Virus record (IMG/VR): IMGVR_UViG_3300032038_000005
Span: 64,001 to 128,000 of that record
Length of the DNA: 64,000 nt
Origin: a virus
Lineage: Duplodnaviria > Caudoviricetes
Direction: 5' to 3' (one strand)
How positions within the stretch are numbered: position 1 is the stretch's first letter; the number at the start of each line of letters is the position of its first letter. Position numbers and translations under genes: made by a program. Positions 28,865-39,450 of the stretch are shown here, piece by piece. The notes beneath the pieces were generated by a model. That model worked only from the letters and a program-made list of their open reading frames with translations. It searched no databases and was not told where the DNA came from.

Positions 28865-28958
28865 GAAAAAAGTTTCTTTTGGACATATGTATTGTTAAAT
28901 TGACCGGAGGTCAATTTAATATAGTAATAATAAACAATTAGAAAGGAAAGTTTGTATT

Positions 28959-30209
28959 ATGAAGAACAAACACAATCACATGAGAGAAGTTTTGCTGACT
29001 GGATTTGTCGGCGCTGTCGCTTCACAAGCTCTCAAGCCTATCGTTGACGAGGGATTAACCATTCTCAAGTCCAATCTGTTCTATAGTGTCAACTTCAGTG
29101 ACAATATGTACGACATCGGTATTGGACTGAACGAAATGCTGAACACGTATCCCGACCGTGTTGAATTCCATACAGGTGAATCCCATCTGCTCAGAGACGC
29201 CGTCAAGTTCACGGGTATGACATGGGGTTTCTCTTCCAACTTCTCTGACTTCTTCATGTATGAAGGAACTCCCATTCTGGTGAAGATTAACAAATTCGCA
29301 CGTGAAGAACATCACCAGTCATCACCCGATGGCGCTTACTTCATCACCTTCAACAACAAGTGGTGCAAACAGGGATTGAAGAAGTTTATTCGTGAATTGT
29401 ATCACACATCCAGACGTGCTTGGTTGGATGATTATAAAGAAAGAGTCAACAACGTCAAGGCCGTGTGTATCGAAGATGGACGAGTAGAAACCAATTGGGT
29501 GACACACAAGCTCAGAACGTTTGATGATGTGTTCTTGCCGAAGAAACAGAAAGACTTCTTAATCGAATCCCTCGATGCATATGTTAACAATCGTGAGTTC
29601 TATATCAAAAGCAACATTCCCAATCACTTTGGCGTGCTTCTGTATTCTAAGCCTGGACACGGCAAATCAAGCATTGCACAGGCAATTGCAGAACATCTAA
29701 ATGCAGAACTCATTGTTGTGAATGGTGATGCCATCAAACATATTCACGAAGTCATCGAACAATGTATGGGAGTGAATGCCATGGATGATTCCCTGTATCG
29801 TGTACTGCTGTTCGAGGATATCGATTCTGGATTGTTCAATCTGACAAGAGAATCCGATAAGAAGGAAGATGGAAAAGAAGATAATGTTGGTATGGCAACA
29901 ATTCTCAATGCATTAGATGGAATTGGTGCACCCACAAATGTTATCTACGTCTTTACCACGAATCATGTGGAAACGCTCGACCCCGCATTCATCCGTCCCG
30001 GTAGATGTGACATTCACCTGGAGATTGGTCAGGTAACCGGAGAAACACTGGAAGAATTTCTCAAGTTCCATTTCCCGGATGAAGACATTATCGTATATGA
30101 CAATTACGACATCAAGAAAGACTTAACATTTGCAGAGTTACAGACACTCGTCATGAAGGGTAAGACTGCAAAGGAAATCGTCAAGTACGCATACAACATG
30201 CAGAAATAA
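28959..30209 (+). CDS. BCS1-like AAA+ ATPase
   Basis: RTFDDVFL, LLYSKPGHGKSS, LLFEDID, ILNALDG and FTTNH...LDPAFIRPGRCD; N-terminal hydrophobic segment. Confidence 0.85.
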   Translation: MKNKHNHMREVLLTGFVGAVASQALKPIVDEGLTILKSNLFYSVNFSDNMYDIGIGLNEMLNTYPDRVEFHTGESHLLRDAVKFTGMTWGFSSNFSDFFMYEGTPILVKINKFAREEHHQSSPDGAYFITFNNKWCKQGLKKFIRELYHTSRRAWLDDYKERVNNVKAVCIEDGRVETNWVTHKLRTFDDVFLPKKQKDFLIESLDAYVNNREFYIKSNIPNHFGVLLYSKPGHGKSSIAQAIAEHLNAELIVVNGDAIKHIHEVIEQCMGVNAMDDSLYRVLLFEDIDSGLFNLTRESDKKEDGKEDNVGMATILNALDGIGAPTNVIYVFTTNHVETLDPAFIRPGRCDIHLEIGQVTGETLEEFLKFHFPDEDIIVYDNYDIKKDLTFAELQTLVMKGKTAKEIVKYAYNMQK

Positions 30210-30239
30210 AGAAACGCACAATTTTAGGAGGAAAGTGTT

Positions 30240-30872
30240 ATGCCAAGTATGAAGAAAACAAAACCCAATATGAACAAAGACCCCAGACAGTTACACATCG
30301 ACAACATGGGCTTCAAAGACTCTGTCAAGAAATCGTTAAAGAAAGCTGGTCTGAAGACGGCTTATGATGTTGCTGAGTATCACAACAGACGACTGCTGAG
30401 TGAGATTGATGGAATTAACAAACGTCACATTTGGCATATTGTCAAGGTTCTCCATCAGGAAACAAACATGATTCTTCCCGATATCAATCACATGGATGAT
30501 GTATGGGAATGGGCAGCCGTTAAGCGTATCGTAAAAATCTTCATTGCACAACCGATGTCCGGTAGAGCTGATGATGATGTGCTGTATGAAAGATGTGAAG
30601 CCATGAAAGAAATCATGGACTGGTTCACTAAGTACAAACCCAACTGTGTACCCGCCTTCCTTGACCAGTATTACGTAGATGATGCACCGAAAGATGCAAC
30701 CCCAGTATGGTATCTCGGCCACAGTATCATGATTCTGGCAAAGGCTGATTATATCTACTTCACTGGAAACTGGTGTGAAGCACGCGGTTGCAACATCGAA
30801 TATGAGATTGCCAAAACATATCAGATTCCGATTCTGAATGATAAGATGAAGATGATTTTGATGATGGGATGA
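30240..30872 (+). CDS. RNAP alpha-CTD-like HhH domain fused to a DUF4406/nucleoside-deoxyribosyltransferase-like domain
   Basis: IDNMGF...LKKAGLKTAYDV...LSEIDGIN; KIFIAQPMSG...ADYIYFTGNWCEARGCNIEYEIA. Confidence 0.6.
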   Translation: MPSMKKTKPNMNKDPRQLHIDNMGFKDSVKKSLKKAGLKTAYDVAEYHNRRLLSEIDGINKRHIWHIVKVLHQETNMILPDINHMDDVWEWAAVKRIVKIFIAQPMSGRADDDVLYERCEAMKEIMDWFTKYKPNCVPAFLDQYYVDDAPKDATPVWYLGHSIMILAKADYIYFTGNWCEARGCNIEYEIAKTYQIPILNDKMKMILMMG

Positions 30873-30891
30873 CAAACAATGATTTGCATGT

Positions 30892-30910
30892 GCCGCCCCA
30901 TTGGGGCGGC
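30892..30910. terminator. Palindrome-family hairpin
   Basis: GCCGCCCCA-T-TGGGGCGGC. Confidence 0.6.
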
Positions 30911-31058
30911 TTTGCAAGTTATGAAGGAAGTCATAATCCGAAAGAGTCGTGCCCGAGTGGAATAAGGGCACGACGAATGGTAAACTTTCGAATTACATTC
31001 ATGTTCTTTTTTATGGTTGAAACGCGATTGTAATCATTTTTAGAAAGGAGATGTCACA

Positions 31059-34000
31059 ATGTCAAACAAAGTAATTGGTTATGACAACCAACTGTGGAGA
31101 GTGGAACAAGAATTCTCTTATACGGGAACAGACCAACCATTCACCTTAGAACCCGGAACATATTTGTTTATATGTGAAGGAGCTCATGGTGGTATTGGTT
31201 CACGGGGTATCAAAGAATATGGTGGTGTAGCACTTGGTGAAATTACATTAGATGAAACAACCACATTTCATGCCGTCGTTGGTAGCAATGGTGGAGATGG
31301 TAATTTGGATTACACAAAATGTGTTGGGGGGTTTAATGGCGGTGCTCATGGTGGTATGGGATATACTGGCTTTGGTGCTGGACCAGGTGGTGGTGGAGCA
31401 ACAGATATTCGATTATTACCATATGATTCAAATGAATATCCGACATATGATGAAAATGGGAATTGTAATCCTCCAGTAAACACCATCACAGTATTAAAAG
31501 ATTCTGAATGGGTTGATGATGACTTAGCTCATGAATATGTCCCATTAGAATATATCTATGCTTGGGGTAGTAATAACTCAGGATACTTTAATACGGAATA
31601 TATCCCAAAAGCAGAAACAAAGATTGAGATGGAATGCGTTGTATATGAGAACACAATCCAACCATATGAAATCTTATTTGGTGCGAGAAATGGATCATAC
31701 GAAAATAACGCATATGTTTTCTTTTCCAGATTTAATAGCAATAATGTTCCCGTATATGGCAGAAGTGGTAATGAAGCAATTGGATCTGATTTCATATATA
31801 ATGAGCTGATTAAATTGATTTGTTATCAAGAGAAAGCCGAATGGTTCTTAGGTGGAGTCTCTAAAGGAAGTATCACCACGACTGGAACGATTGATCATTG
31901 CATTAACCCATTATTGATTAATACATCAAATCAATCTCGCGATAGTTCAGTTCAGACGGAAGGATCATGGGCAAAATTTAAGTTGTATTCTTTTAAAATA
32001 TCTGAATCACAAACGAAGTATCGATATACCGAATATCAACCGGTCGAGTACATTGAATCAGATGGAACACAATACATTGATACAGGCTATCTCCATCAAC
32101 CTGATGATTGGTACATTCCGGTTGTTATGCTTATTAGATCAGGAAACACAGTGACTGATGCACAAGTTATATTCGGATTTGGTGATATCAATACATCGGG
32201 TACCGATGCAAACCAAGTTGCGGTATACATGTATGAAAACTATTTTCACCAACTCTTTGCCGTATCAGCGGGTACAAATACACAGTATAGCTCCACGGAT
32301 GAATCTTCCATTTATGATATAAAATTATCAATTGATGTATTCAGAAACAATATCGTATTTTATCGAGTTTCTGACAGTGGCTTCTTAGGAAGAAACATAA
32401 ATTCATATTCAATGGCAAATGTCACCGGTGAAACATCATTGGCATTATTTGGTAAACATTTTACATGGCACAATCGAGAAGGATCTCCAGAAACATTCCA
32501 AGGTTTAGCAATGATGAGATTTTATGAAATGACAATTTGGTCAGATTATACGCAGTCTTTTTATGATCGAAGCAATCCTGTATACATCAAACATCACTAT
32601 TATCCCGTCAGAAGAATTTCCGATGGAGTCCTCGGTATTCTTGATACAGTCACAGGCGAGTTTATGACATCTCCCGTTGGTAATGCATTCAAATGTGGTA
32701 ATGACATTAATACAATAAATCTGGGGGAAGATTATTGCGAGGCATATATCGAAGAAGTACAGATGAGGGATTATGTTCCAGCACGTCGTCAATCTGACAA
32801 TGTAGTTGGATTATTTGATATTGCGAATCATACATTCATTACCCAAACAGGAAATGGATATTGGGAACCAGGTCCTCCGAAATGCAATACACCATCACTC
32901 CATTCTCGTATTATGGTAGCTGGTGGTGGCGGAGGTGAAGTAAATCAGAGTGAAGAAGGGAGTATCAATGATGGATTTGGTTGGGGTGGTGGGCCACATG
33001 GTTCTATTCCAGCAGCATTACCATCATTGAAAGATCCATGGGGAAATATCTATCCATCTCAGACAAACGGATATGCATTTGGTTATGGTGCATTTCCATC
33101 TTCCAGAGCAAATGCAAGCCAGGTATATGGTTGGTCTTCAGAGGGAGCAGGTGGTGCTGGAGGAGGATGGTATGGTGGATGTGCCTCCATTATCGGTGGT
33201 AATATCAATACTGAACATGCCTCCGTAAATGGTGGGGGTGGTTCTGGATATGTGTTAACAGAATCTTCATATAAACCATCTGGATACAATCCTTCTTCCA
33301 AATATTATTTCACAAAAACACTGTTGCATGGTGGAACAGCAATGGGTGATTTCTTCTCTGATAATCCCAATGATTGGAACAATGGACATGTTTATATTTG
33401 TAAACCAACCACCAAACTTCAACAGGGAGATGTAATTGTATATCCGTCAACTGGTAAAGCAACACATCATGAACTTCCATCAGGACAATATCAACTGAAG
33501 TGCTGGGGTGGAGATGGTGGTGCGCGTAGATTCACAAGTCATTGCTCACGTGGTGGATATTCCGAAGGCGTGGTTGAGACTGATGACACCCATGAGATTT
33601 ATGTGTATACCGGTGGTAGTGGATGGCCATTTTCCAATTTTGGCACATCGGATGAGCAATCAAATTTAATCACCACATCATCCTTATCAAGTCTTGGTTT
33701 TAATGGTGGACATCATATACAAAATCTATCCACTGTTGTATCAAAATCTGGTGGTGCATCAGACATTCGATTTGATGAAGACGACTTGTACCATCGTGTG
33801 ATTGTTGCTGGAGGTGGTGGCTCCGAAGGAATGCATGGGAATGTTGGAGGCTCCGGAGGGGGTATTTCTGGCGGTAATGCAAATGGTAGTTATGGAACTA
33901 ACAATGGACCAGGAACACAAACATCCGGATATGCGTTTGGTGATGGTGGATTGGGATATTATCAATCCAATGGCTACGGTGGTTGTGGTGGTAGCGGTTG

Positions 34001-36065
34001 GTATGGCGGTTATGGTACTACTCCAGACAGTGGTGACAATGACAAGAGTGGTGCTGGTGGATCTGGATTTGTATTGACAAAAGATTCGGTATCATATGTT
34101 CCATCTGAATACGGTTGTGGTGATTCTGAATACTATCTAACACAAGCACAAACTGTTCAGGGTGGAAACAATTTACCAATTGCACATACCAAAGTGCAGA
34201 TTGAGGTGTTGGAATTAAAACATAAATGTTTATGTCAAGATTCTGATGGTTATAAATATTTTGATAAAGAAACACAATCATGGACATTGTTACCAACACA
34301 ATCCATTACTGCGGAAACGTTTGAGACATACGGTAGTTCGATTAAATCAGATACAGAATTGCGTGACACGTATACAGTTTTAGTATATGATGAATCTCAT
34401 ACGGCATCTATCGCAAAATTAAATGTCACACCAAATACACAATCAGTTTCATCCATGCTCGATGTATATGTGTTGTCCGTCATCAATACAGAAGTTGAAG
34501 ATGAATATCCAGAAGGAATATACCAATCATGGGTACAGACCAAATCGGTGAATGTGAACAATGAATCAAAAACAAAAGTTACATTGTATATTGATAAATT
34601 ACAGAATGTGGATGCAAAGTATACGGCATATTATTCCCAAATCTTAGCGGCAAAAACAGCACATGGAAATGAATATTTGAAATTGGATGAAAAAGGAAAT
34701 CGCATTTTCAAACATTTCGTATATGATGAAGATGGTAATATGACCGTAGAAGAACGTACTATGGAATTGAAACCACAATCTGATTTTATTAATGAATTTG
34801 GTGAAGTTTCCACAGCACAATGGTTATTACCCGTGATGACAAAAAACAATATTCCCGTGGTATACAATAATCAAGTGATTGATGGGGATGTAACAACAAT
34901 TTATATCACAATGATCGGACAATATGCAAGAACGATTTATTTCGCTTATATCTGTAATGTCAGCGGTGTTTCTAATTCACAACTGATTATCAAAGCCATG
35001 AATTTCACAACAGGTGATGTTGTCAATGTGTGTCGATTGGATTGGTTAACAATTGATGGAAATGAGTCAAGCTATTACACGCATACATTGTTGATTGATG
35101 AGAATTACTTTTATTTGATTGAGGCTTATAATTCTGCAAATCGACAAAAAATCATTCGTATTCATAAAACAACATTTGTCGTTTCAACAACAGACAGTTG
35201 CGGAGAAGATATTTGTGCATATGGTAAGATGAAGTGGTATGATAATAATACCATTCTTTGTGTTGGTAAGCAACATGTGAATCTATTTGACACAACACAA
35301 TTGATATGGAAATCCTATCTATTGACAGAAAATAGTGATAAATACGATTGGTGTATTGGTAAAAAATATCTGCTGTGGACAAAGTCTCGAAACCAAGTAT
35401 ACATTTACGATATTGAAAATGATTTCGCATTTGTAAAAACCATGACATTTTCTATTGGTGGTTCTGCTGGTACTTCTCTTGTGATGTTTTATCATGATGG
35501 AACATTTTATGTTATGACATGTGGATCTAATTCCACAGGTGGTTACATTCACTTTTTAGATGAGGAAACATTGACCATCACTAAATCAAGAGTGACATCA
35601 GGATTGATTCGACCATATGAATGTCAATATTGTAATGGTGGTATTATGATTTCACAATACAACGATTACCGATTGTTGTGCTATGATATTGACGCAGACC
35701 AAGTAAAATCCGTGTATACACCATGGAGAACAACTTATTGGAAACAAAGTCAATCTGTCTATATTCCATTTGTGTTGGATGGCGTGTATTTTTGGTTGAT
35801 GAATACTTTATTGATTCTGAATTATAGTCCTTCAAGTAAATACAATTTTGGTCAAAAGTATAATCTGTATTACACGTATTATGGAGAATCTTATGAAGAT
35901 GGATTGGAATATGATGAACGTTTTATCACAATCACTCCATCAGGTTTGGAATTCCATAATGGTTTCTTAGAATACCCATTATCAGAATACAATCAAAATC
36001 ATATTGCAACGGTTGTTGTTAACAAATCAAGTTACAAATATTTGATAAATACAATAATAGAATAA
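31059..36065 (+). CDS. Glycine-rich tail/receptor-binding protein with lectin-like inserts and a possible C-terminal beta-propeller
   Basis: Two Gly-rich domains (GGGGGATDIR, RIMVAGGGGG, GGWYGG) and EYIESDGTQYIDTG modules. Confidence 0.75.
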   Translation: MSNKVIGYDNQLWRVEQEFSYTGTDQPFTLEPGTYLFICEGAHGGIGSRGIKEYGGVALGEITLDETTTFHAVVGSNGGDGNLDYTKCVGGFNGGAHGGMGYTGFGAGPGGGGATDIRLLPYDSNEYPTYDENGNCNPPVNTITVLKDSEWVDDDLAHEYVPLEYIYAWGSNNSGYFNTEYIPKAETKIEMECVVYENTIQPYEILFGARNGSYENNAYVFFSRFNSNNVPVYGRSGNEAIGSDFIYNELIKLICYQEKAEWFLGGVSKGSITTTGTIDHCINPLLINTSNQSRDSSVQTEGSWAKFKLYSFKISESQTKYRYTEYQPVEYIESDGTQYIDTGYLHQPDDWYIPVVMLIRSGNTVTDAQVIFGFGDINTSGTDANQVAVYMYENYFHQLFAVSAGTNTQYSSTDESSIYDIKLSIDVFRNNIVFYRVSDSGFLGRNINSYSMANVTGETSLALFGKHFTWHNREGSPETFQGLAMMRFYEMTIWSDYTQSFYDRSNPVYIKHHYYPVRRISDGVLGILDTVTGEFMTSPVGNAFKCGNDINTINLGEDYCEAYIEEVQMRDYVPARRQSDNVVGLFDIANHTFITQTGNGYWEPGPPKCNTPSLHSRIMVAGGGGGEVNQSEEGSINDGFGWGGGPHGSIPAALPSLKDPWGNIYPSQTNGYAFGYGAFPSSRANASQVYGWSSEGAGGAGGGWYGGCASIIGGNINTEHASVNGGGGSGYVLTESSYKPSGYNPSSKYYFTKTLLHGGTAMGDFFSDNPNDWNNGHVYICKPTTKLQQGDVIVYPSTGKATHHELPSGQYQLKCWGGDGGARRFTSHCSRGGYSEGVVETDDTHEIYVYTGGSGWPFSNFGTSDEQSNLITTSSLSSLGFNGGHHIQNLSTVVSKSGGASDIRFDEDDLYHRVIVAGGGGSEGMHGNVGGSGGGISGGNANGSYGTNNGPGTQTSGYAFGDGGLGYYQSNGYGGCGGSGWYGGYGTTPDSGDNDKSGAGGSGFVLTKDSVSYVPSEYGCGDSEYYLTQAQTVQGGNNLPIAHTKVQIEVLELKHKCLCQDSDGYKYFDKETQSWTLLPTQSITAETFETYGSSIKSDTELRDTYTVLVYDESHTASIAKLNVTPNTQSVSSMLDVYVLSVINTEVEDEYPEGIYQSWVQTKSVNVNNESKTKVTLYIDKLQNVDAKYTAYYSQILAAKTAHGNEYLKLDEKGNRIFKHFVYDEDGNMTVEERTMELKPQSDFINEFGEVSTAQWLLPVMTKNNIPVVYNNQVIDGDVTTIYITMIGQYARTIYFAYICNVSGVSNSQLIIKAMNFTTGDVVNVCRLDWLTIDGNESSYYTHTLLIDENYFYLIEAYNSANRQKIIRIHKTTFVVSTTDSCGEDICAYGKMKWYDNNTILCVGKQHVNLFDTTQLIWKSYLLTENSDKYDWCIGKKYLLWTKSRNQVYIYDIENDFAFVKTMTFSIGGSAGTSLVMFYHDGTFYVMTCGSNSTGGYIHFLDEETLTITKSRVTSGLIRPYECQYCNGGIMISQYNDYRLLCYDIDADQVKSVYTPWRTTYWKQSQSVYIPFVLDGVYFWLMNTLLILNYSPSSKYNFGQKYNLYYTYYGESYEDGLEYDERFITITPSGLEFHNGFLEYPLSEYNQNHIATVVVNKSSYKYLINTIIE

Positions 36066-36081
36066 GGAAAGGAGTGGTTAC

Positions 36082-38862
36082 ATGTTCCAGTCAGATAAGA
36101 TGGAAGATTATCGAAAGATCATGACATTTGCCAAAAACAAACGTCCACATTCTGGATTTGGTAATCTGTATTTGGCCAGAACGGTTGATCGAGATGGTAA
36201 TATTACATCGGAGACATATGGGATGAATGAATTTACTGATTATGGATTTTCACGATTCTTCAATGATAATGCTAATTGGCCACGGAATATGTATATTGGA
36301 CAAGAAGAGGGTGACTACACCAAATCCAATCGAACAACGAATACAATTCATTCAATATTTACATATGACTCTGATGTTTCACGAACCACGGTGATCGATT
36401 ACAAATATCCCATGTATTATTCTTCAGAATTGGGATTGGTGACATGTGTATGTAAATTTCAACAATCTATCTTCGATTATACATTGACTAATGTTGAATC
36501 GAGTGTAAATGTAACGGAATATGGTATTGGTTCTGCGATTGACCAATTATGGACACATTCATGGGTATATGATATCCAAGGTGCACATACGGTTGTCGTG
36601 AAAGATCCAGGTGTACAATTGATCATTGATGTGTACTTTTGTTTGACGTATCCCACATCCGTGATCACAAATGGATATGCAAATAATCGATATGCTGTGA
36701 TTACAACATTGGAGAATTTTATTAATAACAGAATGGGATTTTCCAGTGTTGGTACATTTAGGAGATTCAATTCTATTATACAACGAACAAAAGACAATAC
36801 CAAAATTACAAATCGAAACATTCAAACACAAGCAATCAACGTTGGGAATTTTGTCATACAAGATAATATTGGTGCAGAACACGGTTACATTGATGGATTC
36901 TATGTTTTTGCAGATGGATCGGTTATTGTAGATCCCCAGGTATTACCAACATCTTCTCCAGAATCCTTCTCATATGTCATGAGAAGCCCAATCGCAGATT
37001 GTTCCTCTACCAGTTTATCAACATTATTTGGCAAGGTGAAAACTTCTTCAGAAGATGTAAATCGATTATCCATTCCCATTACACAAATGGATTTGAGTCA
37101 TGTGTATCTGTATGATGTGACCAGTAGAGATTATACCAATGATTTGGCATTTACCAATAATCCAAATAAGTGGTATACCGAAACACCTTTACAGACGGCA
37201 TTACCTTGTCACATCTATTATACCAATACAGATAATAATATCTATGAATTATTCGTATATCAAAATTTACATCCAGAAGATCCCATTGTAGAATTCAAAG
37301 ATACGGCAGTTGGAACTGTATATGGTACAAATGCATATTGGGATCGTTCGGATTGGGAATGGATCTCCGATTATCACAATATTCCAACAACTTCTGAAAA
37401 GGGAAAGAATCTACGAACATGTCGATATTATATCACATCTTCTAATTCAGCTGCATTAAATCCCGTTCGTACATTACAACCATTAACATTACAAGCAAAT
37501 CCAGGTGAAGAAAAGACATATGCGTATCCCAGTTATGAGTCTACCAATGAAGAAGGATGGGTTGGAGCTTCGAATGGAACATGCGAGAATAGCACCAATG
37601 GTTATTATGTCAGAAACCGTTATGTCTTTTTCCCAACATTAAATTCCAGATATACAATTGGTGGAACTAATACGGCATCCGACATGTGGGGAAATTATCA
37701 ACATTTTTGTTACCAGAATTATGTATTGACAATTTATGCGGCACCTTCTCTCAATTATGTCTTTATTTCAAATCTATCAAATCAAAATGCACCATTCACA
37801 AGACAATTCATCATTGTTGATGCAAATGACAATACAAAAATGAGTGGTGGTGCTACTACTGCACTTTTTGCAACAGACACAAATCAAGGTGTAATTGTAT
37901 TACAGCGCACAGATGGAAATGAATGTCTGTGTATTGATTTAAAGAATTCTACTGGTGCAGCAGAAACAGAAATGTCACATAAAGTTTATCAATCACAATT
38001 GGCATGTGGAATTTATAATACAAAAACATCCACGAGACAAATTGCGTATGTGACAACAGATACAACACCAACATTGAAAGTGGTAAATTATGATACAGAT
38101 GCAATTGTTGACACATTCACATTACCTGGAGTACCAGTGTTGATGTGGGCATTAAATGGATATGTTTGGGCAACAGATGGTGCATCATGGTGTCGTGTAT
38201 ATAAGGTTGGTAACAGTACAGCAAATCCAGATGGTACCACATGTGTGAATTATCCAACAACATGGACAAGTCGTTCCAGTGTTAATCAAATTCGATTTAC
38301 GATGGTAGACGATGTCATTTTGTTATATGATTATTTAAGACGAAACAAAGCATTGGTTCATTATACAAGAATTGATAACAATGGATCCGATGTCACATCA
38401 ATTCGTAACTTGTCTGATTTTGGAACAATGAGTGATGATCCATATTGGGCAACGTGGTTTCAATTAAAATACATTCAAGGTGGAAAGACACTAGCATTGC
38501 TATACCACCACACGTATATTGGATATGGTAGTTATTACAGTATACGCGGTATCATTGACTTTGGACAATATCTATATCCCACCACAAGTGGTAATCCAAT
38601 TGTAAATCATTACTATGAGAATAGTTCAGGAACTGATACCATGGGTTGGTGTACATATGGTGAAAATGTGATCTTTAATAATCAACAAATTCCCATTGCA
38701 TATTTTATGCCGATGAAATTGGTGGGAACAACAAGAACAATTACTGCAATTAATACATATAAGAATATTTCCAATAAACAGTGGCAGATCCAATATACGA
38801 ATTCACCACCTGCAAATTGGCCAGATAATTATCCGGGATATCCACCTGGAACAAAAAATTGA
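36082..38862 (+). CDS. Putative tail fibre/baseplate-associated protein (paralog A)
   Basis: Beta-rich and T/N/Y-rich; termini match the 39451 ORF. Confidence 0.6.
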   Translation: MFQSDKMEDYRKIMTFAKNKRPHSGFGNLYLARTVDRDGNITSETYGMNEFTDYGFSRFFNDNANWPRNMYIGQEEGDYTKSNRTTNTIHSIFTYDSDVSRTTVIDYKYPMYYSSELGLVTCVCKFQQSIFDYTLTNVESSVNVTEYGIGSAIDQLWTHSWVYDIQGAHTVVVKDPGVQLIIDVYFCLTYPTSVITNGYANNRYAVITTLENFINNRMGFSSVGTFRRFNSIIQRTKDNTKITNRNIQTQAINVGNFVIQDNIGAEHGYIDGFYVFADGSVIVDPQVLPTSSPESFSYVMRSPIADCSSTSLSTLFGKVKTSSEDVNRLSIPITQMDLSHVYLYDVTSRDYTNDLAFTNNPNKWYTETPLQTALPCHIYYTNTDNNIYELFVYQNLHPEDPIVEFKDTAVGTVYGTNAYWDRSDWEWISDYHNIPTTSEKGKNLRTCRYYITSSNSAALNPVRTLQPLTLQANPGEEKTYAYPSYESTNEEGWVGASNGTCENSTNGYYVRNRYVFFPTLNSRYTIGGTNTASDMWGNYQHFCYQNYVLTIYAAPSLNYVFISNLSNQNAPFTRQFIIVDANDNTKMSGGATTALFATDTNQGVIVLQRTDGNECLCIDLKNSTGAAETEMSHKVYQSQLACGIYNTKTSTRQIAYVTTDTTPTLKVVNYDTDAIVDTFTLPGVPVLMWALNGYVWATDGASWCRVYKVGNSTANPDGTTCVNYPTTWTSRSSVNQIRFTMVDDVILLYDYLRRNKALVHYTRIDNNGSDVTSIRNLSDFGTMSDDPYWATWFQLKYIQGGKTLALLYHHTYIGYGSYYSIRGIIDFGQYLYPTTSGNPIVNHYYENSSGTDTMGWCTYGENVIFNNQQIPIAYFMPMKLVGTTRTITAINTYKNISNKQWQIQYTNSPPANWPDNYPGYPPGTKN

Positions 38863-38874
38863 TGAGGTGATAGT

Positions 38875-39429
38875 ATGTTAAACATGTTCACTTCAAAAGA
38901 AGTATTGAAGAATTTAAATAACAAAAATACACGTCGCCCCGAAGGGCAACATGTTGTACCTGTAACTGGGTTATATGTGACGGGGATCTTACGATCCCCT
39001 CACTATATTGATCGCACATTGTTTATTTCCGATATCCAATCAAATGAAGCGACGATTGAGAATTTCTCAGAAACATCTGTAAATGTCATACCTGGCTCTT
39101 ATACGGTTACATTGACAGACCTGGCAGAGAGTGCACCAATTTCTTTCGTTCGACTTTCAACCAATACGGAAAGACTAATTCCCGGTTCTTATACTGTCAC
39201 AATGACAAATTTACAAAATGACAATCCATTGACATTCACGCGTTATTGGACAACGAAAGAATCTGCGATACCTGGCTCTTATACTGTCACAATGACAAAT
39301 TTACAAAATACACAAGATTTGACATTTGTAAGATATGAAAAGAAAACCATGAACAAACAATACGGAGTACCAATGTTGACAATTCTGGATTTGTCATCAC
39401 AAGCAGCAACCATTGAAAATGGTTCTTAA
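38875..39429 (+). CDS. Hypothetical virion protein with three IPGSYTVT repeats
   Basis: About 30-aa repeat, three copies; GAGGTG RBS. Confidence 0.7.
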   Translation: MLNMFTSKEVLKNLNNKNTRRPEGQHVVPVTGLYVTGILRSPHYIDRTLFISDIQSNEATIENFSETSVNVIPGSYTVTLTDLAESAPISFVRLSTNTERLIPGSYTVTMTNLQNDNPLTFTRYWTTKESAIPGSYTVTMTNLQNTQDLTFVRYEKKTMNKQYGVPMLTILDLSSQAATIENGS

Positions 39430-39450
39430 TTAGAGAGGAGTGAATTTTGT

